Shown in pieces: positions 33,401-42,800 of a stretch of 59,549 bases of DNA (positions within the stretch are counted from its first letter, which is position 1; every line of letters begins with the position of its first letter). A program made the position numbers and the translations under genes. Below the pieces are notes generated by a model. It saw only the letters and a program-made list of their open reading frames with translations. It made no database searches and was not told the DNA's origin. The DNA is taken from IMG/VR virus record IMGVR_UViG_3300032038_004959; one strand, 5' to 3'. The DNA comes from a virus.

Positions 33401-36400
33401 TCAACCTCAGCATCGACCGTCTGACCGCCATCATTATCCTTGCCATTGCAAGTATCGCAGTCATAGACTTTGTTCAGATACATTCGCATTGCGAGCGTTC
33501 CTGTGGTCGAATCGCTTTCCTCATTGGCATCATTATAATAGACACCATTCACGACCTTACAACCATCCTCCAAGAACCACATCGGCTGCATATTCTTGGC
33601 TCTTTGGTCAACGGCAGCGCAATAGTCGGTGAATACATCGTAAGAGAGGCATGAGTGAGGCGATGCGTACTTATAGAGGTCTGTTTTCCAGAGATTGAGA
33701 CCTGTCTGCTCATGCTTATCATAATCGCATGAATCGCAGAACTTCATCCAACGATAGAGATTGTAAGGCACTTTCTTTCCGAGCGCATAGGCGATAGCGA
33801 GATTATCATCATCAACCAAGCACTCGAAATAATAAGTCCATGCAGGAACGGTCTGAACCGAAATATCGCCTCCATCGATGAGAGCCTGCACCCACTTAGA
33901 GAATGAGGTGCTTGGAGCCATCATGTCAGCCACCGAAGAAACTCCCTTGAACCAATCCATGCCCTGATAATTCAGCAGCTCAAATCCATCGGTCGGATTG
34001 ACAACAGAGCCTGTGACCGTCCATCTGCCGTTTGCATTCTGAACCATCGAGCCTGTCTGCTCAATCCATGATGTGCCGTTATGCTTCATCACCTTATAAG
34101 ATGAACCGCAATACATCGAGAGGACATAAGTTGCAGAGGTATCAAGACCGCTTGTAGCAAGGAAACGGCTCTTTGTCTGAGCGAGAGTCTCGCCATCCGT
34201 TCCGAAGAACTCGATGAAGTCTCCGTAATTGAGGCATCCCTTGTTATAGCCAGGCACATCATTGAAACCGAGTGCGACCTGCTCTTTCTTATCCTCTTTC
34301 CAATTTCCCTTTGAATGGAAATACGGACTGCTGCCTGTGTCGCTCTTTGAGCGATACATTGCCACAGGGATATTGGCGGTTGAGTGATTCATCACGAGAC
34401 CATCAACCACGAGCGAGCCTTTCGTCCAAGTACCATCGAAAGCTCTTTGAGCAGGAGTCATATAATTACGACCCAATGCCCTGAATGTTGCATTCATCAT
34501 GTCGCAGATGCCGCAGTCATTCGCATTCGAGCTATCTGAATAATCGACCTTGACCGTGATAATATCCACAGGGATGGAATTATCGTGAATCTGCACCTTA
34601 TTGATAGCAGCGAGAGCGATTGCCCTGCGTCCTGCTTCGGTTGTCTCGTCAGGATTGAGCAGAGTGATGGTAGTGCCGCCTGTCTTGGTAGCCTTATCAT
34701 AGGTCGAACCTTTCTTCTGAGCGAGATAGTAGCGAGGATTCTTCACAGGTCTCTGAGCCGATGTCGTTCCCTGATTCCTGCGAGCCACATCACGAGCCAC
34801 AAAGTTAGTCCAAGGTCTTGCAGGGTCGATATAGTAGAGGGTGACATATATTTGGTCTTTCGTTGATACGGTCGTATCGAGAGCCTCGATGTCTGAGCCG
34901 TTGAAAGGACATTCGATGATATACGCCATCCCTCTATCTGAGAGCTGCGAAGCCTGAGGACGGAGCTTTGTTGTGGTGATTCCGAGTTCGGTCACTTGCT
35001 GAGATGCCATGACATTCTCGAAATTGAACTCCTGCACCATATCCTCTGTATTGGTGAGCTTCACGAGGTAGTTTTGGAATGCTTGGTCGAATTGGAAGTA
35101 ATCTTCCCATGCCAACAGATAATAGAGATAGAAATCACCCTGAGAGCCATTGAATGAGATTGGCTTTTCCTGAATGAGGTTACTCTGACCTGCGACATAT
35201 CCGATAACTGCTACTTCCTCACCATTGAGATAGAGCTTGATGAAATAGTAGGTCACACCGCCACGAGTCTGACCGAGACCCTCGATTGCAGGCTCAACCA
35301 CAATGGCAACTGAGACTTTCTCTCCCTGCTTATAGGCTCTTTCCTCTGCATGATTTGAAAGACCTGTCGCACAATAGATGCCGACCGCCCTTCCTGTCAC
35401 ATAGAAGCCAGCTCCTACGCCCTCATTGAAGCACTCCATCAGGATTGCATCATCATCAACGAGATTCTTTGCAGCGAAAGCGAACTGAATACCCAAACCA
35501 TTACTCTCGATAGATGTAGGCTTGAATGGTTGATGATTGAGCGTTGCAGTCACATCTTCTGCGATTCTCAGAGCTTTCTCACCCAAGAATGATACAAAGC
35601 CTGTTGAACTCCAATTCGAGCCGTTCACGGCGATTTCAAAGCCATTATCGATGATAGAATGGTCTGTTTCCTCATTACTTCTGTTCGAGAATTCAAAGCC
35701 ATAGATTGCGCCTGATTTCAGAGCTGCCTCGATGACCGTTCCGCTAACAAGGAAAGTCGCCTCTACGCCATAGGTGCTTCCGCATTGAACCTTGACGATA
35801 TGAGAGAATGTGCCATCGGATGCCACTCCTGAAACCTGATGTGAATAGGTATAGGCAGCAGAGCGGTATGCGGTATGGCTCTGAATGGCAGTTCCATTCA
35901 GATAGACAGTCGCAGTCGGAGCATTGCTTGTCGGGTCATAGACCGCATAATTGACGGTGATAGTCTCGTAGAGCTTCACGACAGGAGAGATGCCATCACT
36001 CATCCAACTCTCGACCACGAGCGGAGTATTTCTCGTATCATCGATACAGAAAATGCCCGAATAGAGATAGTTGCCGACCACTCCTGAAGCTACATCGACA
36101 CCATGAACACGAATAGGATATGAGCCATGAGCGAGCGTATATCCGAGGCAGTTGTTCGGGTCGATTGAGATACCATGAGAATAGGTATCTTGAACAATCG
36201 TATTGCCCAATTCACGCCATGCACCATCGATATAGATTTCCACGATAGCATTGATGCCCTTATCGCTCGCATTGTTGGCGAACTTGAACAGAGGAATACT
36301 CTTTGCAGTTCCTCCGACAGAGAGAGCCGTGCTTGATGTGTATTGCAGGGTCTGAACGCTGCTCACGGTCACATCTACGGCAGTCACACTGATATTGCGA

Positions 36401-38298
36401 GAGCCTGTGTTTCCTGCATCATCGGTGATGAGACACTTGAAACGGCGCACTCCTGCATTGGCGAAATACTTAGTGACATCCATCACGAAATCATAGGTAC
36501 TCATAGATGGAGATGAAGCCTTATTGAAGTTGAATACCTCCAAAGTGGTATTCGTATCTCTATCGATGAGAGCGATTGTCGCAATCATATTCTCCTGCTC
36601 AGTCTGTCCTACGGTAGTAACCGAGCGGACAGCAGCACGGAGAATGAATGAGCTTCCTGCATTGCCATAGAGAGGCGAGGTCTCAAAAGCCATAGCAACG
36701 ATAGTGCCGCCACCGCCGCCACCGCCGCCTGAGCCGACTGCAAACTGAATCTCATCGCCGATTCCCTCATGCTCTGCGTTTTCGAGCTGCAACTTCACGA
36801 TACCCTCTGTCTCAGTATCGAGCTTGATTCCTGTCGGGAGATGGGTATATGCGCCACCTGTGGAGAAAGCATCATCTCCATCTTCCTCAGGCTCATCTGA
36901 GGTCTCCACCTGAGAACCACCTCCTCCGAAATCCTGCCACAAAGAAGGCTCTCCGAAATCAGATACCACTCCTTTGAACTGCTTGCATTCCCATGTGTTT
37001 TCTGCAATCTGATAGGTGATGACGAGACCGCTCTTTGCATAATCAATCCCTGTGTCGGTAGATAGCTTACGGATTGCAGCAATGGCATATTCGAGAGTAT
37101 AGAAAGCAGCAGATGTGCAAGCTCCACAAAGAGCATCGACATTGATGAGTGTCTCAGCTCCTGCGCTCATTCCTGCAAGGTCGAGCCAATTATTGATATT
37201 CTTGAAGGTCGCCTCCTGAGAATCCTCACCGATATACTGATAAGTCTTCCATGAGCCACGAGCGATAGCGAAAGTTATCTGCATACCGATTGAGGTAAAT
37301 CCTTTCGAGAATGTCACATTGATAGCATTCTGCAAGGTATAGTAACCGCTCTGCAAAGGAACTTCATTCGTGACATTGTAGCAGTTGCCGACTGCTGCCG
37401 TTCCTCCGAATTTCGTCCAAGTGGTAGTGTCGGTGAAATTAACCTTTGCGCTGCCATGCCATTGCCAACTCTCCATCTTTCCATTCGTTCCGAGGAAAGT
37501 GATGACAACACCCTGAGCTTTGTAATATCGGGATTCGTCATTATCATAGAGCAATCCCAAAGCCGTACCAAGCGACATCGGGGTACTCGTGCTGAACATC
37601 TTATTGACATTGATGAACAGAGCAGCAACGATTTCTTCCTGCAACTCTGCTTTTGCATCATCGATGGATTGTCTGATTGCTGCGAGTTCCTCAGGGTCAT
37701 TGCCTACGACTTCGAGAGCTTCATCATCTTCATTCCACGAATAGATAAGACCATCATAGGTATAGAGCTTATCAGCGATAGGATAGGTACGAGTACCATC
37801 CATATATTCATCTGCACCATCCCAATTAGAATAGTACTTGAAGCTGCCTCCTGAATCTACTCGCAGAGCGAACTTGCCACTATTTTTCACATAAACCACC
37901 ACGCCCGATGCAGTCGTTGACTGATTGAGGATAGTAGCAAGTTCAACGATGCCATAGAATCTCTTAGTAGATGTATTCTTGGCAATAGAAAGAGCATCGG
38001 TCGCCTTATCGTCTGCATCTCCTGCGGTTTCCTCTGCCGAAGCAGCAGCCTCTTGCGCTTGCGAGGCAGCTTGTGAGGCACTATTCGCAGTCTGAGTAGC
38101 CGAAGCAGCAGCCTGTTGAGCAGCATTTGCGGTCTGTTTCGCCTGAGCTGCATCCTGAGCCGCTTGGTCATACCCTGCCAAGATAGAACCGAGAGGCACT
38201 TTGACACTCTCATTCTGAGAGTTCACACCGATAGTATATAATCCTTGTGTGGATTGACTTTCGGGCAACTCTGAAATTCTTTTCTTTTGGTCTGCCAT
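30436..38298 (-). CDS. Giant tail fibre / receptor-binding protein, primary DGR target
   Basis: 2620 aa. Fibre-like N-terminus with an Ala/Gln-rich coiled coil, a Gly8 linker (36706..36729), leucine-rich repeats (about 32250..32800) and a C-terminal lectin/FGE-like end carrying VR1. Confidence 0.85.
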   Translation of the reverse strand: MADQKKRISELPESQSTQGLYTIGVNSQNESVKVPLGSILAGYDQAAQDAAQAKQTANAAQQAAASATQTANSASQAASQAQEAAASAEETAGDADDKATDALSIAKNTSTKRFYGIVELATILNQSTTASGVVVYVKNSGKFALRVDSGGSFKYYSNWDGADEYMDGTRTYPIADKLYTYDGLIYSWNEDDEALEVVGNDPEELAAIRQSIDDAKAELQEEIVAALFINVNKMFSTSTPMSLGTALGLLYDNDESRYYKAQGVVITFLGTNGKMESWQWHGSAKVNFTDTTTWTKFGGTAAVGNCYNVTNEVPLQSGYYTLQNAINVTFSKGFTSIGMQITFAIARGSWKTYQYIGEDSQEATFKNINNWLDLAGMSAGAETLINVDALCGACTSAAFYTLEYAIAAIRKLSTDTGIDYAKSGLVITYQIAENTWECKQFKGVVSDFGEPSLWQDFGGGGSQVETSDEPEEDGDDAFSTGGAYTHLPTGIKLDTETEGIVKLQLENAEHEGIGDEIQFAVGSGGGGGGGGTIVAMAFETSPLYGNAGSSFILRAAVRSVTTVGQTEQENMIATIALIDRDTNTTLEVFNFNKASSPSMSTYDFVMDVTKYFANAGVRRFKCLITDDAGNTGSRNISVTAVDVTVSSVQTLQYTSSTALSVGGTAKSIPLFKFANNASDKGINAIVEIYIDGAWRELGNTIVQDTYSHGISIDPNNCLGYTLAHGSYPIRVHGVDVASGVVGNYLYSGIFCIDDTRNTPLVVESWMSDGISPVVKLYETITVNYAVYDPTSNAPTATVYLNGTAIQSHTAYRSAAYTYSHQVSGVASDGTFSHIVKVQCGSTYGVEATFLVSGTVIEAALKSGAIYGFEFSNRSNEETDHSIIDNGFEIAVNGSNWSSTGFVSFLGEKALRIAEDVTATLNHQPFKPTSIESNGLGIQFAFAAKNLVDDDAILMECFNEGVGAGFYVTGRAVGIYCATGLSNHAEERAYKQGEKVSVAIVVEPAIEGLGQTRGGVTYYFIKLYLNGEEVAVIGYVAGQSNLIQEKPISFNGSQGDFYLYYLLAWEDYFQFDQAFQNYLVKLTNTEDMVQEFNFENVMASQQVTELGITTTKLRPQASQLSDRGMAYIIECPFNGSDIEALDTTVSTKDQIYVTLYYIDPARPWTNFVARDVARRNQGTTSAQRPVKNPRYYLAQKKGSTYDKATKTGGTTITLLNPDETTEAGRRAIALAAINKVQIHDNSIPVDIITVKVDYSDSSNANDCGICDMMNATFRALGRNYMTPAQRAFDGTWTKGSLVVDGLVMNHSTANIPVAMYRSKSDTGSSPYFHSKGNWKEDKKEQVALGFNDVPGYNKGCLNYGDFIEFFGTDGETLAQTKSRFLATSGLDTSATYVLSMYCGSSYKVMKHNGTSWIEQTGSMVQNANGRWTVTGSVVNPTDGFELLNYQGMDWFKGVSSVADMMAPSTSFSKWVQALIDGGDISVQTVPAWTYYFECLVDDDNLAIAYALGKKVPYNLYRWMKFCDSCDYDKHEQTGLNLWKTDLYKYASPHSCLSYDVFTDYCAAVDQRAKNMQPMWFLEDGCKVVNGVYYNDANEESDSTTGTLAMRMYLNKVYDCDTCNGKDNDGGQTVDAEVDPNKMPDAQTGYTNPYAGYNSVLFRNIYLQQTVYIDAQNTELSLRTVASAMRSCTATIDGQTLQPFSPEGATYFFLTARIQRWQKKVSSYDGERKYIDFTSTTANNIYFYALQGLGLTSLPAFIERRWRIRDGFYGTGNFFSGVLSGRVNAPSGAKIRITAAKTGYFGIGNDSSGSISESVYLEAGQSHNFTNFSHEEGALLYIYQADRMSMIDLSEITLSNNFDFSVMTLAEEIYLGKVGKVNLTIGAYTLLTNVNLGELPFLKKLDIRGTLITNVVCSGCPRLESLYAANSQLARADIADGAKLTYMQLPSTYTYLRLRYLPNLQRSGLILADKRSITTLIIENCAKISSVDLLRELAGTSGNNLRVVRATPYNVSDDGSDLTTISALHLSGLDANLTAQTAPAIVGTYMLSKYTDNAVLSAWQSEFADLTIHQSQYTLIEMDDTLTDPQNITNKDNNTTGDSYEPSGHISKIRSLMIPVTGKLNPTSGRWEGVKMSESDYKKLKDGSDFDYSDNLGSGNDAMMRIPHLWYKGINDFKNQKKYIAWSSLSSEPISSASRINRKKLSQILMRENAAIMVSNITENVSTLESSGVVSETANHNTYQIDVEGMKQVRYPGLNNEAIGACFLNESGVIISKYNMAVANNLFDFVNGDYIFINVPSEAKTFVFTSPSGISSDIEAIAVDSTEIEAIEPDWVESDECLGAIYQGSIDSLIRLRSVSGVSVRVGTGTSTTSIEWQYDADGNPINTPTGSMNYTAKDFQNLARRRGAGYQLIDYEMSKLLAILFFSLSGTRDSSKYCGYGKSAGGTTGYLDSLGNTTSTNLGSTSGQGNKCMGFESFFACTYEWMDMVAVNVPSFVQAFKDKMLDGIGTYPIDAKYHIYDPINETERVVQALTTNSGYCVARTKHGRFCDIVASKFVNDNSRFATHYADGQYYTSSRCRVVGRSDSDVYANGGVVCAGAGSASSRSFSNGGSRLAFRGEISISE
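30467..30579 (-). repeat. DGR variable repeat 1
   Basis: A 113-bp alignment to the TR gives 18 differences. Seventeen are at TR coding-strand adenines and one is not (TR 30282 g versus 30548 a). Confidence 0.85.
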
Positions 38299-38304
38299 AT
38301 TGCT

Positions 38305-39330
38305 TTAATTTTGATTATTGATATAAATTTTATCGCTATCGCTTTCTGTGATGATGTATTTTCCATCCTCTGTGACGAGTAAGGAAATGCCGTATTTCGG
38401 ACGAACCTTGATACGAGCAGGATTCTCTGCATCTTCTGTGATGACCCAATCGAAATCTTCTGTCGCAAGCAGCATCCATGAGCTTTCAGGACGATATGCA
38501 GTGAATGTCAGAATCACAGAGAACTCACACCAAATCTTCCCATCTCTCAATATCTCGAATTTAGAGACGCTCATGCTCTTATAATAGCAGTCATATTCAG
38601 CAGGTAGATTTGCGAAATAGAGGATGCGAGATTCTGACTGCATGAGGATGGCAAAGAGAGAATTGTATCGTCTCCAAAACTCGGTTATATTCGCTGCATC
38701 GATGAGTAGTTTCAGAGTGACATCTTTTGCCTTGAAATGCACTTCCTCATCATCATAATCGATTCCTGAGATAGATTTCACGCTTATCTTCAAAGCATCA
38801 CGGATATTCGCCGCTTTCCTGATACTATCATCTGAGCCTCTGAGAATGTATGAGCCGAACTGAGAGAAATCGATTCCGTCAAGCTCATATCCCGATTGTC
38901 GGACTTCGCTCTTACCAAGCTGATACGGATTTCCTGATGGCACAACAGGGAAATCATCAGCAAAGGTAAGAGTGAGTTTTCCGAGCTTTATAAACGATGA
39001 GAATGAGCCATTCGACACCATCCTCAGTCGATAGGTCTTTCCGAGTTCTGTGAATTGGAAATTATGATATGCGCCTGTGGCAAGGTCATCGAAGAAATCC
39101 TCAGCATATCGCACATTCGTGATGCAGAACTGAATCTGAAATTGTCGGGTATCGAGAACAGGAGAAAGCAAATCAACCTCGACACCATCGAATTCCTCCC
39201 ATTCGGTCGTATCGAGTGTTTTGAAAGATGGCATCTGAACGACTCCCTTATAGCCGCCCTTCTCAACAAAGATGCCATATTCGAGCATAGCATCCCGACC
39301 ATCGACAAATAGTTTTCCTGTCTCTCTCAT
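38305..39330 (-). CDS. Distal tail protein (Dit)-like
   Basis: 341-aa ORF in the position after the tape measure where siphoviruses encode Dit. No strong motif. Confidence 0.45.
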   Translation of the reverse strand: MRETGKLFVDGRDAMLEYGIFVEKGGYKGVVQMPSFKTLDTTEWEEFDGVEVDLLSPVLDTRQFQIQFCITNVRYAEDFFDDLATGAYHNFQFTELGKTYRLRMVSNGSFSSFIKLGKLTLTFADDFPVVPSGNPYQLGKSEVRQSGYELDGIDFSQFGSYILRGSDDSIRKAANIRDALKISVKSISGIDYDDEEVHFKAKDVTLKLLIDAANITEFWRRYNSLFAILMQSESRILYFANLPAEYDCYYKSMSVSKFEILRDGKIWCEFSVILTFTAYRPESSWMLLATEDFDWVITEDAENPARIKVRPKYGISLLVTEDGKYIITESDSDKIYINNQN

Positions 39331-39812
39331 TGCAATACCTTAGCATAATCAGATTTCACGATTTCTACCTTTGAGACATCATCTTTCTCTATCTTCACGA
39401 TGGAATATCCCGAAGCTTCAATATGAGCAGATGCCCCACACATCAGAATCAAGCGATTTCCTGCGATTTGAGAGTATTTCATCTCTGCAATAGTATTACC
39501 TACCAAGAAAGCTTTTCGAGCCTCTGAGAGCGTGATTTTCCCTGCATCGATATAGACTCCGAATCGCTCAGGATGATATTTCTTGAACTTTCGGAATGTT
39601 GCGATGTCGGGGAAATGGTTTTCTGTGAGGAATTCTGCGCCCTGAGGTGAAAACATGAGGTTAATCATTTCCTCCATAGATTCCTCGCCTGTGAACATCT
39701 GACACGCTCCGAGCTTACGAGCCATCTCATAATTATGAGATTTCTCGCATCGGTTCTGAGCTGCATTCTTGGCAGCTTTCCATTTCTCTTGTGCTTCTTT
39801 AATCTCTTTCAT
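39327..39812 (-). CDS. Hypothetical tail-module protein
   Basis: Start trimmed to MKEIKEAQ, 4 nt after the tape measure stop. Confidence 0.4.
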   Translation of the reverse strand: MKEIKEAQEKWKAAKNAAQNRCEKSHNYEMARKLGACQMFTGEESMEEMINLMFSPQGAEFLTENHFPDIATFRKFKKYHPERFGVYIDAGKITLSEARKAFLVGNTIAEMKYSQIAGNRLILMCGASAHIEASGYSIVKIEKDDVSKVEIVKSDYAKVLQ

Positions 39813-39816
39813 CGCT

Positions 39817-42800
39817 TTACACTTTAATCTTGATTCCTGCTCGCTGAATATCGTCCACACTATCCTCGATACGCTTGATACGAGTATTCATATTATCGAG
39901 CTTATTATTTGTCTCATCGGTATTTCGCTCGATTCCTGTTACACGAGCGAGAATCTGATTACTCGTAGCATTGAGTTCGGTCACTCCCTGCACGAGTGAA
40001 TAGGTATGCCCCTGAATGGTCGTGAGGCGAGCATTATTCTCATCGACACTATCCTGAGATGCGGTCGCTATACCTCTGCTCTCTCCCTGCCTCTCTGCGG
40101 TATCTTCAAGCAAATTCTTTGTTGCTTCATCAAGTGCAGAAAATATACCCGAAAACATTTCTCCTGCTTGATTCAAGTCATTAGCGAAATCATTAGCAGA
40201 ATTACGCACAACTTCAATACCTTGGAATTGCCCATTCTTAAACCAACGGCTACGATATTTATCAAAGATTTCACCGATTTTTGGCTCTAAATACTGAGTA
40301 ATGAGCATCCGTTTAAGAATATCTCTGACTATTTCATTGACCTTTTGATGCCATGCCTCCATAGCATCCTCTCCCTGAGCGACTGCATCAAAGAAAGCAT
40401 CTCCTAATGTCTGAGCCAAATCCTCTGCGGTTGAGCCTATAATATCATCCATAAGCTCATTGATAAGGTCAGCCATTTCTCCAGCCAATTCCCTTATCTT
40501 GTCCTCCATATCAGAGACAGAACCCCAATCGGTATCCTTTTTATCTTTCTCTGCATCGATTTGCTCTTGGATGAGCAGTTGTTGCTCTGCCATATTTTTG
40601 AGCTTATCACGAGCTTCGTCATACTTGACTGAGCCGAGCGCACGATTGGCAGTATAATCTACGTTTGCCCAATAATCAGCAATTTTTTCGATAGACTTTT
40701 GGTAAGCTTCACTCTGCGCAATCATTCGAGTTCTTCTCTTCGTAATGATGTCTGCGCCATTCATTTCTTCTTGATGCAGGGCATAGCAAGCATTTAGAGT
40801 CTCATTATATATATCCCTAACCCTTGCAACCGCATCGCCATATTTTTCTTGAAGCCTTACAACGTCTCTATTATCCAATTCCCATTGCAGTTGGTCGATA
40901 CGCTGCTGCAAACTCTCGATTTCCTCTTGCTTCTCATCATCATTGTTGAATAGATTAGCAATAGCGGTAGCCACTTGCAGAGCTGCTGAAATGACTGCGA
41001 GAATGACAGATGCTTTCTCGATAGTGGAGATAGCTGACGCTCCTGCTGCTGCGGATGCCGTTGCACCCTGAGCTGCTGCATCAACGGTCGCCTCAATTCC
41101 TTTTGCAGCACCCTTTCCGACATCTGAAACTGCATTGATGACATCGGTAGCAGCTCCCAAAATCTCATCCATGAAGTCGAGACCTTTGCCGATTCCGCCT
41201 GCAAGGTCATCCGAGAATACTTGAGCGAGATTCTTAGCCTTTCCTCCGACATCTTTAATCACGCCTCCTGCATTCTTCAAGTTCTGAGCAAAGCTCTTAT
41301 ATGATTGAGTGAGATTATTTCGGGAATTGATTACACTATTCTCAGCCTGTGCATTCTTTTTCTGAGCCGCTGCAAGCCTTTCGGTCGCATCTCTCAGCTT
41401 ATTGGCTGCATCCGCTTGTTGTTGGCAATCCTGAGTGAGTTCACCTCTCTCAATAGCCTCGATGACCTCTCTCTGCTCCTGCATAGCGAGTTTATACGCT
41501 TCCTCTGCTGCATTCAACTCGGTTTGAGCGGTTGAGAGTTCTTTAAGAGCATTCAGGAGTTCGGTCTTTGCCGCCGACATATCCTTGATGGATTTGTGCA
41601 TGGCTGCAAAGGGATTGCGAGAGGCAATCTCATCCTCCATCTGCTTGATAGCATCGGTATATTCCTTGATTTCCTTGCCATCCATCGTAGCCTTGTTTTC
41701 CTCGAAATACTTTTTCACTCTTTCGAGGTTGATTTGCAGGGATTGGATAGATTGCTTATCGAGAGAACCGAAAACGCTCTCCCAATTTATGAGTTCTTTG
41801 AAATTCTCTGAATTGAGTTTGGCGAATTCTTCATCCATCTGCCTTGATGCCTCTGCGACATATTCAGCAGGGAGGAATTTCATCTTATTCATCCATTTAC
41901 GATACAGAAGTTCCTGCTTTTGCAGATTCGTTCCATATTGCTCAATCAGCATATCATCGTATTTCTGACGGATGAGCATGATTTCATTCTCTCCATTCTC
42001 TGTGATTTGCTGACGGACACGATAATACTCCTTAGAGATATTCTCATCAGCGAGCAAATCTTTCATGTATTGCTCGATAGATTTCTTTCCTGCATCAGAT
42101 TCAGACCAACCGACCTCAGTAGCTCCTTTCTGCTGCATATATACAGCTTTGAGCATTGCTTTCCTCTGCTCTGCGAGCTGCCTGAGCTGATTTTCCCAAT
42201 CTTCGAGTCTTCTGCGAGTAGCACTCCGAGATACATTGAGTTCCTTGACAAGACCTTCCTCCTGAGAATCGATGATGAGCTGATTCACCTCATCATTCGC
42301 TCCTTTGAGATACTTCTTGACATTATCTTTGTAGTCATCGATAGCTTTCTGAGTTTCGAGAGCAGCTTTCTTCGGGTCGAAGTCTGAGCCACTCTTTCCA
42401 CCGCCCTTATTGCCTGATTTCGGGTCGGTATGACCGCCTATATTGAAATCGAGCTTCACGTTCTGAGCTTCTGCCATCTTATCCTTATAGGCTTGCATCC
42501 AATAGTCTGCCGTTGCCTGAGCATCTGCAACCGCCTCTTTCTTTCGCTGCTCATCCCCTGCTTTGGTGGTGTACCAATGTCCGTAATCGCTCGTTTTCTT
42601 ATTACGAGCTTCTTCAAGAGCGATGAATGCCTCAGTATATTTATTCAGGATAGCCTGTGCCTCTGCCTCTTTGAGCAGCATCGTACAATAAGCTTCGCCC
42701 TTGGTAACGAGAACATCTTTCCATTGAGAGAGGGAATCATAATATCCGAGAGCCTCTCCATATTTAGAGTTAAGCTCTTTGACTAATTCTTTCTCCTGCT

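Noticed and set aside
36706-36729. GGC/GGT repeat encoding Gly8 in the giant fibre gene, considered as a slippage-prone phase-variation tract.
   Set aside because: It is an imperfect nonamer-type repeat kept in frame, not a homopolymer or a long perfect microsatellite. A flexible hinge is the simpler reading.
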